Positions 28,515-38,776 of a stretch of 64,000 nucleotides of DNA are shown here, in pieces. A program made the position numbers and the translations under genes. The notes beneath the pieces were generated by a model. The model saw nothing but the letters and a program-made list of their open reading frames with translations. It did no database searches and was not told the origin of the DNA. Source of the DNA: Thermoplasmata archaeon (GTDB taxonomy: Archaea > Thermoplasmatota > Thermoplasmata > Thermoplasmatales > Thermoplasmataceae); contig JAJZZM010000015.1 in NCBI GenBank assembly GCA_021797555.1, positions 2,110-66,109 of the forward strand, written 5' to 3'. Each line of letters begins with the position of its first letter. Position 1 is the stretch's first letter.

Positions 28515-28960
28515 ATTATCTCGATACCAGTGTTGTTATACTCCTTCTTGACAGTAAGGATTACAGATTTAATGAGGTAAATAATATTATAAATAATGAA
28601 AATCCTATTATTTCGGATCTTGGTTTTTTAGAATTAACATCATTTTTAAGTCGCAATAATATAGAAAATCCATTATCATACGCTATTCATACAATTAAAA
28701 AATATAAAATAAATTTATTATCAAAAATTGGTACATCTTTTATTCCGGGATTTGGAAATATAAATACATTATTTTATAATTCCCTAAATTTATCCGAAAA
28801 ATTAAAACTGAGAACACTTGATTTAATGCATACTTCATATTGTATTGAATTAAAAAACAATGATTATGATATTAAAAATTTATTTACTGCAGATAAGGAA
28901 TTTATTAAATCTAAAAAAATATTAAATAAATATAAAATAGAATTAAAGATTGTAAATTAA
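28511..28960 (+). CDS. vapC: PIN-domain toxin (VapC-like)
   Basis: MNYLDTSVVILLLDS, LGFLELTSFL, RTLDLMHTSYC and LFTADKEF fit the PIN acidic pattern. Confidence 0.7.
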   Translation: MNYLDTSVVILLLDSKDYRFNEVNNIINNENPIISDLGFLELTSFLSRNNIENPLSYAIHTIKKYKINLLSKIGTSFIPGFGNINTLFYNSLNLSEKLKLRTLDLMHTSYCIELKNNDYDIKNLFTADKEFIKSKKILNKYKIELKIVN

Positions 28961-29723
28961 AGATCGTGTACATTATACTGTGTATTTATAAAGGGTACCT
29001 CTTGTTTAACATTTCCTTAATCCCATCATTACATTTATAATATCCGTTCATCTTCCTGAATATATGCTTTGAATTGAATTCTATTGATTTCGAATAGAAT
29101 ATTGATGTTGGATGTTGATCATTAAACAGGACTGAAAGTATATATTAACATTCTATTATAATTATTATATAAATTAAAAGCTGTATTTTAAGGCTTTCAT
29201 GGTGTGTATAATTTGCCATATTTTTATATGATCCTTATCTTTACAGAAATTTAGGTTTAAGGGATAAAAAATATTTAGAAAATGAATTTTTAAATTTTAT
29301 ATTAAATTGAATATTTAATTTAAAAGAGCCTTAAATAAATACCGGATTAAATACAATAATTCTCCATATTTATATTTTATATGCATTATTTATACCTCTT
29401 TAGGTTTGTTTAACATAAAATGATCATAACCAATTTCTGCTGTTATTATTTTTACCATTAAAAATTAAAATTTTGATAACATTTCAAAAACTATTTTAGC
29501 CATTGGGTCCTTATTTATTATGTAATCTACATATTCATTTATTTCCTCTTTTCTTATTTTTAACTTCTCCATTTTTAACACCCAAATTTTGTTATAAATA
29601 TCTTATCAACCTGTATATAAATTATTTTATCGATTCTGGTTAATAATTTTTATTAAAATTATAATGCCGGGAAGTGCCTTAAAAATTACTGGCATTTTCA
29701 GCATTGAAGATCAGGCATTCACC

Positions 29724-30098
29724 TTACCTCCTTATTGTCTCAATTATCTTCCGGTATTCCTCCTCTGTTATTTCTCCTTTTGCCAATCTTTCCTTTGCAA
29801 TATTTTCGGCATTATTTGACCACATGTTATGCCTTTCCATATATGTGCCCCTAATATTGATTAGAAGGAAACGCACAAATATTACAACAAATATAATGGT
29901 TATTATAGCCATTATTGGCATCATTATAGCTATGCCATAGTATGCATATCCATTAGCCGGCATATTAATACCAAACGACCTATAAGAGCCATTATAGTAA
30001 GGCCTGCCAAAAAGAACAGACATAACTACAGAGATAGTTGCCATAACAGCAACAAGAGCTATCAGTATCCAAACCATATTCCATATTTTCTTTTCCAT
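29724..30098 (-). CDS. membrane protein with C-terminal SHOCT domain
   Basis: Two hydrophobic helices followed by AENIAKERLAKGEITEEEYRKIIETIRR, which is the SHOCT signature. Confidence 0.65.
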   Translation of the reverse strand: MEKKIWNMVWILIALVAVMATISVVMSVLFGRPYYNGSYRSFGINMPANGYAYYGIAIMMPIMAIITIIFVVIFVRFLLINIRGTYMERHNMWSNNAENIAKERLAKGEITEEEYRKIIETIRR

Positions 30099-30153
30099 AC
30101 TATATGTATCCGGAAATAGCTCTTAAGCTCTGCCTGAAACAGGTTTCATGGAA

Positions 30154-30723
30154 CTATTTGAAATAGGTTTCAGGAAGGATTATCTCATTTGTTACCCCTT
30201 TTCTTCTTTTTGATACTACTCCTTTGTTTTCCAGGGATGCAATAGCCCTTGAAGCGGATGCCTTGGATATCCCTGACGAAGCAACAATAGCACTCTGAAG
30301 CATTGCATTGTGGTTTTTCATAAGAAGATCAATAATATCAAGTTCCGTCTGGGAAAAAAACTTTGTTGTAAGTATCTCCTTTCCAAGTGGCTTATCCACG
30401 TTTTCCCGTGATTCCGGCCGGGATACCAGAATGATTTTTTCATTGCCTGCATGTGATATGAACATGGTATAGATATGCATGATTCCCCTGAGGGAAATTG
30501 CCATAATAGCAATATTGATTGAAATAATAGCAAAAATTAAATAAAGATAGTATAAAATCAATTTATACCCAAGAAGAACAACGGTTACCAGTATTGTAAT
30601 AGAAATCATAATTATTATAATCGAGAGAAAGAGGGAAACAATGTAAAAAGCCAGGGATTTCATAATAGGGCTTTCGTTTGTTTTTTTTGTATCGTCTTTG
30701 TGAGAATGCTCTTCTATTTTCAT
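30154..30723 (-). CDS. membrane-anchored winged-HTH (MarR/TrmB-like) regulator
   Basis: Two N-terminal TM helices, then ELDIIDLLMKNHNAMLQSAIVASSGISKASASRAIASLENKGVVSKRRKG. Confidence 0.6.
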   Translation of the reverse strand: MKIEEHSHKDDTKKTNESPIMKSLAFYIVSLFLSIIIIMISITILVTVVLLGYKLILYYLYLIFAIISINIAIMAISLRGIMHIYTMFISHAGNEKIILVSRPESRENVDKPLGKEILTTKFFSQTELDIIDLLMKNHNAMLQSAIVASSGISKASASRAIASLENKGVVSKRRKGVTNEIILPETYFK

Positions 30724-31484
30724 CCAATATCTACCCTTATTTTCATTCCTATTCCATTTATTTATTAAATTAAATTGCCTTTAAATATATTATTGTTGTG
30801 CTTATAATATTCTGGATAGTGTACATAAATTGCCATAAATTTAAAAATGTTCTATGCAGCCTTGTACTTTAATATAAATTACAGGCATGGCTTTATTGAG
30901 GATATACCAGCAGTGCTTAATTTCCAAACCCAGGCACATTTTTTCTTTCTATACAGATTTGCTATTGCACCTGTGACCCACACAATTGTCAACCCAACGC
31001 CAGTTCCACTGAAGTATATTTTATCTACAATATATCCGATTGAAATAAATATTATGCTCAGAACAAATTCCAGGAGTATAATTGCTGTATCCATCCTATC
31101 CAAAACACTTCTTCTCCATGCCAGTACTTCCTTTTTATATATTTAGTGCTTTAAACAGCGCCGTTTTATCATGATAATGTAAAGTCCAATAATTCTATGT
31201 AATAAATACTTTTTATTCCAATCCTTCCCATTTAATTAACTATTACAAAATCATTTTAGAGTTATATTTAATTTTCCCTCAAAAAATTTAAGGACATATT
31301 GTTCATTACTTGATTTATTTCATACAGTAAACATAAAAATATAATAATAAACCAGCAATTAGTCTAAATAATAAAAAGGCACATAATAATCGGGAAACAA
31401 TAGTAAATATATAACGACAATTTTCAATACATACTTATGTAAATACAATACTTTTAAATTTTAATTTATATCTTATAATTAATA

Positions 31485-32120
31485 TTATAAATCATGATCC
31501 ATCTTAAGGTAATTTCTTAGCCTTTTATTTGCCTCTTCAACGTTAAAATATTCTGGATCGAAATCCTCACTAAGCCAGTTCTTTATCTCATCATATTCCT
31601 TATTTTTTGGGTCTTTAATTACATCAAGCATATTTAAATAGCCATATGCACCTCCGGAATCTTCAGGTGGGCATGCCCTTTTCCCGGCAACGCACCTTGG
31701 ATAATAAACACCTTTAACTGCCGGGATTACCTTTTCAATTTTCACAGCATGTATCCACTCATCACCAAAATCATATCTGTAAACAATTTTTGTGTTTTTC
31801 CCCGTAAGGACAATTTCATTGATGTAAGTGGATTCTGAATCCTCATGAACCGGCAAATCAGGGAATTCCGGAAATTTGGACCATTTGTCAGGATTACTGG
31901 TAAATATCTTATTCCCGATTTTGAACTCGTAAAGATGGTAGTTTTCCCATCCCATTGCGGCCTGTATTATTAAATGGAGATCATGCAGTGTTGAATCACA
32001 TGGCACTTCTATTCTTCTCAAGATCTGTGGCCTTATGCCCTCTAAACTTACCTCAATAGAAAAGGCATTCATATTATTTTTACCCTTTTTACTGGATCTA
32101 TGTATTGATGATTTATCCAT
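31485..32120 (-). CDS. plasmid pRiA4b ORF-3-like family protein
   Basis: FSIEVSLEGIRPQILRRIEVPCDSTLHDLHLIIQAAMGWENYHLYEF ... YRYDFGDEWIHAVKIEKV ... ACPPEDSGG is characteristic of this family. Confidence 0.75.
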   Translation of the reverse strand: MDKSSIHRSSKKGKNNMNAFSIEVSLEGIRPQILRRIEVPCDSTLHDLHLIIQAAMGWENYHLYEFKIGNKIFTSNPDKWSKFPEFPDLPVHEDSESTYINEIVLTGKNTKIVYRYDFGDEWIHAVKIEKVIPAVKGVYYPRCVAGKRACPPEDSGGAYGYLNMLDVIKDPKNKEYDEIKNWLSEDFDPEYFNVEEANKRLRNYLKMDHDL

Positions 32121-32590
32121 ATGATTATAGTAATTGTTTGGATAAAAATTTTATGTTGCAACTGAAAAATTAGATAATCTATACAATAACACTTAAATCT
32201 ACAACTACATTTTACACCTAGGAAGTTTACTGTTATATTTGATCACCGGAAAGATAAAATTTTATACCTGTAAATTCATTGTTTATGGAATTTTATTATT
32301 CTGTTATCTAAAAAACACTGTTGAGGTGTTAATATAAGGATCAAGATGCCGTTCCGGAGTTTATTCCTATCACCTGTGTTCCATTCCTGTCACCGGAAAA
32401 GAATTGGTTTCCATGGCCTGTTAATATTCCCCGGCCTTCCATATAATTGTATGGCGTATTCTAAGTTTCCACAAAAACATAAAATTAAGAAAATTGGGAA
32501 TAAAAAAATAAAAATAGAATATGGCAAATCTAATCTATGCATATGTATAATAACGAAATTAATAAATGTTCAATAAAATTATTCAAAAAT

Positions 32591-34678
32591 CTATAATTCC
32601 CTGAGTATATAAGCTGATTCAGATTTTACATTTATTTTCCGTGCATCATTTTTTATCGGGAAGCTATTATGTTCAGGAAGTGAATCTATTAAGATTTCGT
32701 ATTTTTCCCACGTTTTAGGTATTGTAAAGTCAATATCTTTATCACATGGATTAAAAATAAGCATGAGGTTATTATATAATGCCTGGCCGGGTATTATTTT
32801 TTCCATGCCAATTGCAGTTAGTATTACCCCTATGGATTTTTCTAATGACCAATCATTTTCCGACATTTCAGTTCCATCAGGTTTTGCCCATATAACATCC
32901 TTTATGCCTGTATCCGGTATTATGATGCCATTTAAGAAATTCTTCTTTTTTAATACCGAAAACTTTGACCTTATCGAAATCATATATTTAACAAATTTTA
33001 GCATATTATTTTTTTCTTCATCGAGATTCCAGTTATACCATGATGTTTCATTATCCTGGCAGTATGTGTTGTTATTGCCATTCTGTGTTCTCATAATCTC
33101 ATCTCCGCCAAGAATCATGGGTGAACCCTGGGATGTTAAAAGAGTTATGAAAAAACTTCTCATGCGCTTATTTCTGAGGTAATTTATTCCCTTATCGGAT
33201 GTTTCTCCCTCGGTTCCAAAGTTTTCACTTATATTGTTATCTACGCCATCCGTATTGTTATTGAAATTTTTTTCATTGTGCTTATTTTCATATGCTGTAA
33301 GATCATACATTGTAAAACCATCATGTGATGTTATGTAATTTATGCTTGAACGTGGCAGCTTTCCAATAGCCTTATAAATGTCAGGGGACCCGGATAATCT
33401 TGTTACAAAATGGCCAAGGTTGGATCCGTGATCTCTCCAGTAATGCCTTATGTCATCCCTGTATCTTCCATTCCATTCTGACCACATTGGCGGAAACTCA
33501 CCAACCTGATATCCTCCTGGACCAACATCCCATGGTTCTGCTATTAATTTTACAGTTGATATTACCGGATCCTGATATATGATATCAAAGAATGCCGACA
33601 GGCTGTCAACTTCATATAGCTGCCTGGCAAGAGAAGGTGCTTCATCAAATCTAAAGCCATCGATATGCATTTCTGTTATCCAGTATCTCAGGCTATCCAT
33701 AATTAATTTCAATACCTGTGGTCGGCTTACATTAAAACTATTTCCTGTGCCTGTTACATCATAATAATATCTTGGATTGTCTCCACTCAGCTTATAATAT
33801 ATAGAATTGTCTATTCCCTTAAAGGACAGTGTTGGCCCAAGCTCATTTCCCTCAGGAGTATGATTATAAACCACATCCATAAACACTTCTATATTATTTT
33901 CATGGAATTTTTTCACCATGTTCTTAAATTCATTTATCTGGCCACCTAGTGTTTTTCCTGATGAAAATCTAATATCTGGTGCAAAATACCCAATTGTATC
34001 ATATCCCCAGTAATTTGCCAGCTTATTGTCAATTAAATACTGGGCATCTACGTCCTGTTGTGCAGGCATTAATTCAACTGCTGTTATGCCCAGATCCTTC
34101 AGGTAAGATATCATATTGTCTGATGCAATACCCAAATATGTTCCTCTCAGATTTTCATCAATATCATTTCTCTGTTTTGTAAATCCTTTTATATTTGTTT
34201 CATAAATTACCGTATCATTCCACTCTATGTCCGGTTTTTCAACCCCATTCCAGTCAAAATTGTCCTTATAAACAATGGATTTCGGTATATACTCTGCATC
34301 ATCTTCGCCATTAAATGATAAATCCTTATCCTTACTGTTAACATCATATCCATAAACCGATTTATCCCACTTAACAGTGGATGCAATTGCTTTTGCATAT
34401 GGATCAATCAATAGTTTATTCTTATTAAACCTTAATCCCTGCTCCGGTTTATATTCCCCATCCACCCTATAATTATACAGCGTTCCGGGAGCTATGCCCG
34501 GAACAAATGTATGCCATATATATGCATCTATTTCCTTCAAATTTATCGTTTCTGATGGATATTTATCATATGGATTGGCGTATATTTCTAAATTGACCGA
34601 TGTTGCATGTTTGGAATATATACCAAAATTTGTGCCGGAATCATATACTTTTGCACCCTGATAATATTTATTATTCAT
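32591..34678 (-). CDS. glgX: glycogen debranching enzyme (GH13, GlgX/TreX type)
   Basis: GH13 regions DVVYNHT, GFRFDEAPSL, AEPWD and YITSHDGFT. I place the start at the internal Met at 34678 (MNNKYYQGAKVYD), because the 37 upstream codons look non-coding. Confidence 0.85.
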   Translation of the reverse strand: MNNKYYQGAKVYDSGTNFGIYSKHATSVNLEIYANPYDKYPSETINLKEIDAYIWHTFVPGIAPGTLYNYRVDGEYKPEQGLRFNKNKLLIDPYAKAIASTVKWDKSVYGYDVNSKDKDLSFNGEDDAEYIPKSIVYKDNFDWNGVEKPDIEWNDTVIYETNIKGFTKQRNDIDENLRGTYLGIASDNMISYLKDLGITAVELMPAQQDVDAQYLIDNKLANYWGYDTIGYFAPDIRFSSGKTLGGQINEFKNMVKKFHENNIEVFMDVVYNHTPEGNELGPTLSFKGIDNSIYYKLSGDNPRYYYDVTGTGNSFNVSRPQVLKLIMDSLRYWITEMHIDGFRFDEAPSLARQLYEVDSLSAFFDIIYQDPVISTVKLIAEPWDVGPGGYQVGEFPPMWSEWNGRYRDDIRHYWRDHGSNLGHFVTRLSGSPDIYKAIGKLPRSSINYITSHDGFTMYDLTAYENKHNEKNFNNNTDGVDNNISENFGTEGETSDKGINYLRNKRMRSFFITLLTSQGSPMILGGDEIMRTQNGNNNTYCQDNETSWYNWNLDEEKNNMLKFVKYMISIRSKFSVLKKKNFLNGIIIPDTGIKDVIWAKPDGTEMSENDWSLEKSIGVILTAIGMEKIIPGQALYNNLMLIFNPCDKDIDFTIPKTWEKYEILIDSLPEHNSFPIKNDARKINVKSESAYILREL

Positions 34679-35000
34679 AAAAATATAATGCGAATATCTA
34701 TAAAAGCATATTTTCCAGTAAACATTTTCTGTATATGCTGGATAAAAGTATATTAATGGAATACAGCCAAGAATAAAGTTAAACAGCAAGAAAATAAAAT
34801 ATATAATAAAGGAAAGAACAAAAGAAACTATCTATAGAAATTTCTTCACTGTATAGGCGGTGTTATATATTCATTTTGTGCCATAGTTTCTGCTGTTTCC
34901 AGCCAGCTTTCCGCAGTGCTTATTGCCTCTTCCGCTATTTTTCTATCACTGCTATTCTCTTAAAGTATGCAGAATCCAGTACTGCTACCCGTATAATAAG

Positions 35001-35867
35001 TTATTCTAATTTTAATCCGGTTCCCATACCCTTGTTTGCAAAGTATCCATATTCATCGGCACTGACAGCTATAACGCCCGCAATCACATTTTTAAAAAAT
35101 GAAATCTCCTCTTTCATAACATCATGCAGTGGTTTGGTGCCAATTTTTTCATGTATTCTAAAACATAAAAGCCTCTTGCTGATTTCCTCACCTATTCCGG
35201 TTGCAACAACTGCTCCTTTGTCACCGACATATATTCCAGAACCAAATACAGGTGAATCGCCAATCCTTCCCCTGAGCATTGGAGAAGCTCCACCGGTGGA
35301 CACTGCCGCTGCAAATTTTCCATCAATGCGTGCTACGGCGCCAACGGTATCGCAGGAATCTTTCATGAAATCATTAAAATCAGTTTTTTCCATAAGTTTG
35401 GAATATTTTGCATAACTATCACTGCCAGGCGTTTTCAAATTCTCAAGGGCCACCTTAAGCCTGTTTCTGGCCCTATCGGTGGATGGGTCATATTCTTCAT
35501 ATCCCAGCAACCTTGCAAATTTAACTGCACCATCGCCTGCAAGCATTGTATGTGGTGTCATTTCCATTACATCCCTTGCAACCATCACAGGGTTCCTTAC
35601 CGATTCTATAGCAAGGACAGACCCAAATTTTCCAGGAATGGCAACGGATGCATCCATCTGAATGCTGCCGTCAATTCTCATAACTGAACCTGTACCGGCA
35701 TTGAATTCCGGGTCATCTTCCATCATTCTGACTGCTTCAATGGCTGAATCAAGTGGATTCCCATTTAATTTAACAGAACTGGCAAAATAATTAAGCTTAA
35801 TGTTTGCAGCATCAACAAGATTATCGTCAATGCCAACTCCACCGTGGATAAGAAGTACATTTGTCAT
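35001..35867 (-). CDS. isoaspartyl peptidase / plant-type L-asparaginase (Ntn hydrolase)
   Basis: LLIHGGVG at the N-terminus, the autoprocessing site CDTVGAVA, and GGASPMLRGRIGDSPVFGSG. Confidence 0.85.
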   Translation of the reverse strand: MTNVLLIHGGVGIDDNLVDAANIKLNYFASSVKLNGNPLDSAIEAVRMMEDDPEFNAGTGSVMRIDGSIQMDASVAIPGKFGSVLAIESVRNPVMVARDVMEMTPHTMLAGDGAVKFARLLGYEEYDPSTDRARNRLKVALENLKTPGSDSYAKYSKLMEKTDFNDFMKDSCDTVGAVARIDGKFAAAVSTGGASPMLRGRIGDSPVFGSGIYVGDKGAVVATGIGEEISKRLLCFRIHEKIGTKPLHDVMKEEISFFKNVIAGVIAVSADEYGYFANKGMGTGLKLE

Positions 35868-36100
35868 GCTACTTGCATTTTATCCTGATTAATAAATTTA
35901 TAGATGCAAAACAGATTCTAGAAAAAACAAGGTATATTATTTATATTTACCATCACTCTAGGAAATTGCAGAATTAGTATATAATAGATTCCGTGGATTA
36001 TTGACTAATTCGTGCTTTTATATTTACTATGATAGTATCAGAAAAATTGTAGCGTTATTTAATAACAAAAAGTATTAATATAACATATAAATAGAGCCGA

Positions 36101-37516
36101 ATGGAAAATAAGGAACTTATACATAATGTTTTAGGCTTCTGGGGTGTTGTATTTTTATCATTTACTGCAATTTTCCCTGCAAGCATTTATTTAATTTCGT
36201 CTACCACATCCTTAACATTTGCCGGGGAGGCTGCTCCACTGACATTTGTGGTAGGGACTGTATTGATGCTATTTGACGTTGCAGCTGTTTATATATTTTC
36301 AACAAAAGTTTCCAATGCAGGGGGTTTTTATAAATATGTACAGGCAGGCACTAACAGCGGCCTGCTTTCAAGGACTGTTGCATGGGATCAATTCATTGGG
36401 CAGATGAGCCCTGTAATTATATCATCTGCAGTGCTTGGATGGCTAGTTTCAGTCAGTGCAAAGACACTGTATAATATAATTCTACCATCCTATCTGCCAT
36501 TTATTATTACAGTACTTGTTATTATATTCATTTTTATTGTAAGTTATTTTGGCATTAAACTTTCTTCAAGAATAGCAATTATTGTTGGAATCATGGAGGT
36601 AGTATTCCTGCTTTCAGCCGGCATATTTGTGGTAATGCACACGCATTTTAATAGCATCCAGACATTTAACATAGAAAAATCTTCTGATGGCCTTAGCGGT
36701 TTCTTTATAGGTATGGTTACCGGTCCACTCACAGCATATATAGGCTATTCTGCAGTAATACATTTCAGTGAAGAGGCAAAATTTTCAAAATCTACCATGA
36801 AACATGCTATCCTCCTAGCAGTTCTTATAGCCGGAGTTTTTGAAACTTTTATGATGTACGCTATCACAGTAGGCGTGCCACAGTCACAACTATCATCCCT
36901 TGCTGGCACCTATGCACCTGCACTCATTGTTACTGCAAAATATGCGGGCACAGTGGTTGCTGTAATTGTACTTGCTGTAGCATTCTTGGGGCAGCTAATA
37001 TCACCACTTATATTCGGAAACTCTGCACAGAGAATTCTATACTCGCTTAGCAGGGATAATGTGCTCCCAGCATATTTCTCAAATATACACCCAAAATACG
37101 GAAGCCCGAGCAGGGCAGCATCATTCGTTCTGGTATTTGCATTAATTGCATCGCTTTCCACGGAAATTCCACTTACATATTATTATGGCGTCCTTACAGG
37201 CTTTTTCTATAGTGTGGTAATATGGGCAACTATACTTACTACAACGAACCTGATCTATCATTTTGCAGTGAATGAAACCCTACCAATTTTTATGAGGCGC
37301 ATTAAGGAATTCAGTACAATTAAACATGTGGTCGTCCCTACAATAGGAAGCATATTTATAATTATAATATTTTACTATACATATGTTGGCCTGGCATACC
37401 CATTCATATTTGCCGGCATTTTTGTTATAATATGGATCATTTTCAGTTTTGTAGCATCATACCTGAAAAAAGGCGTTCCACTGGAAAATGCCGATATAAG
37501 TATAGAGAAAAAATAA
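36101..37516 (+). CDS. APC-superfamily amino-acid permease
   Basis: 471 aa with about 12 TM segments and an APC-like layout. It is divergent from the asparaginase gene. Confidence 0.7.
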   Translation: MENKELIHNVLGFWGVVFLSFTAIFPASIYLISSTTSLTFAGEAAPLTFVVGTVLMLFDVAAVYIFSTKVSNAGGFYKYVQAGTNSGLLSRTVAWDQFIGQMSPVIISSAVLGWLVSVSAKTLYNIILPSYLPFIITVLVIIFIFIVSYFGIKLSSRIAIIVGIMEVVFLLSAGIFVVMHTHFNSIQTFNIEKSSDGLSGFFIGMVTGPLTAYIGYSAVIHFSEEAKFSKSTMKHAILLAVLIAGVFETFMMYAITVGVPQSQLSSLAGTYAPALIVTAKYAGTVVAVIVLAVAFLGQLISPLIFGNSAQRILYSLSRDNVLPAYFSNIHPKYGSPSRAASFVLVFALIASLSTEIPLTYYYGVLTGFFYSVVIWATILTTTNLIYHFAVNETLPIFMRRIKEFSTIKHVVVPTIGSIFIIIIFYYTYVGLAYPFIFAGIFVIIWIIFSFVASYLKKGVPLENADISIEKK

Positions 37517-37582
37517 AATATATATAAATATTTGATAAACAATTAAACTGATTTAAGGTGATAGAATTTGGAATATCAAATA

Positions 37583-38680
37583 TTACCTTACATTTTCAAT
37601 TATTAATTTGCATCCTTTTTTTAATGCCGCCACATCTATAGTTAAAGGCGGTGAAATGCGCAGTACACCCGACATGGATGTGATCATCAATCCATGTTCC
37701 CTTAACTTTTCAGCAAGATTTTCAGCAGTATCGCCTTTTTCAGGAATAATGCCACGTATTAGGCCCCTGCCGGTAAGCCTGCTGCCATAAACAGGGTATA
37801 GCATATTATAAAGAATTTTTCCCTTGTCCCTTACCATTGATAAGAAATTTAAGCTGGAAACCTTATCAATAATTAAATTAGCAATGTCCAGTGACATCAA
37901 ATTCCCTGATGTTGACCCATAAGCATTATTCCTGAACATTTTATATACCTTTGAATTTGCAGATATGCCCCTAGATACAAGGGTTATCCCAAGAGGTAAA
38001 CCACCACCTATTGCCTTGCCTATTATAAGCAGGTCAGGTGTTATGTCATATTTTTCATATGCAAAAAAATCTCCAGTTTTGCCTATTCCTGTATACGCTT
38101 CATCAAAGCATATTAAGAGTTCTGGAAATTTCTCCCTAAGTTCCCTGACAAAATTAAGCGGGATTTCCTTTAAACCCCCCTCAACCTGAAGTGGCTCTAT
38201 TATAATTCCTGAAATTCCATATTTTAATAATTCGGCCACAGGTTTAATATCACCATTATATGGAAAATCAATGCAGAAATCCCTGCCAAACTGTCTAACA
38301 TTATCTGAATTCATGAATATGGACTGCCCTGAATTCCCCTGATATGATCCTGAAATAGTTATAAAAGGGCCATGTTCCCTCATTATGGACATGGCAACAT
38401 CTGCAGCTTCAGACCCTGATGATGTAAATACATATCCTGCATGGGCCATGCCGACTATTTTAATAAGTTTTTCTGCAATCATATCAGCTATTTCAGGCCT
38501 TGATATTGTTAATGGATAATGTATAATTCCCGAGTTAATATAGGAAGATATTGCTTCTATTATTTCCGTACTTCTGTGACCCAGTATATTTATTGATTCC
38601 GAGAAGTTTATGTATTCCCTGCCGTCTTTATCATACAGCATGGAATTATTTCCATCAATGATTTTTATATCCATAAACAT
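37583..38680 (-). CDS. class-III PLP-dependent aminotransferase
   Basis: SSGSEAADVAM, FDEAYTGIGKTGDFFAYE and IIGKAIGGGLPLG (the PLP lysine). It is short for the family at 365 aa. Confidence 0.75.
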   Translation of the reverse strand: MFMDIKIIDGNNSMLYDKDGREYINFSESINILGHRSTEIIEAISSYINSGIIHYPLTISRPEIADMIAEKLIKIVGMAHAGYVFTSSGSEAADVAMSIMREHGPFITISGSYQGNSGQSIFMNSDNVRQFGRDFCIDFPYNGDIKPVAELLKYGISGIIIEPLQVEGGLKEIPLNFVRELREKFPELLICFDEAYTGIGKTGDFFAYEKYDITPDLLIIGKAIGGGLPLGITLVSRGISANSKVYKMFRNNAYGSTSGNLMSLDIANLIIDKVSSLNFLSMVRDKGKILYNMLYPVYGSRLTGRGLIRGIIPEKGDTAENLAEKLREHGLMITSMSGVLRISPPLTIDVAALKKGCKLIIENVR

Positions 38681-38776
38681 ATAGTCTTTATCTTTATATA
38701 TTATTTGCCAGAAATATGCACACCTTGGCTTTCAATGCTTAAATAAACTTTATTTACATTAAAAATATATTAAAAA

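Noticed and set aside
34679-34789. 37-codon N-terminal extension of glgX in the ORF track
   Set aside because: The extension (MLFNFILGCIPLIYFYPAYTENVYWKICFYRYSHYIF) has no counterpart in GH13 debranching enzymes. The internal Met begins a typical N-terminus.
34876-35415. 179-aa plus-strand ORF overlapping the asparaginase gene
   Set aside because: The opposite strand carries the Ntn-hydrolase motifs (DTVGAVA, HGGVG). This frame is low-complexity Ser/Ala/Pro/Ile.
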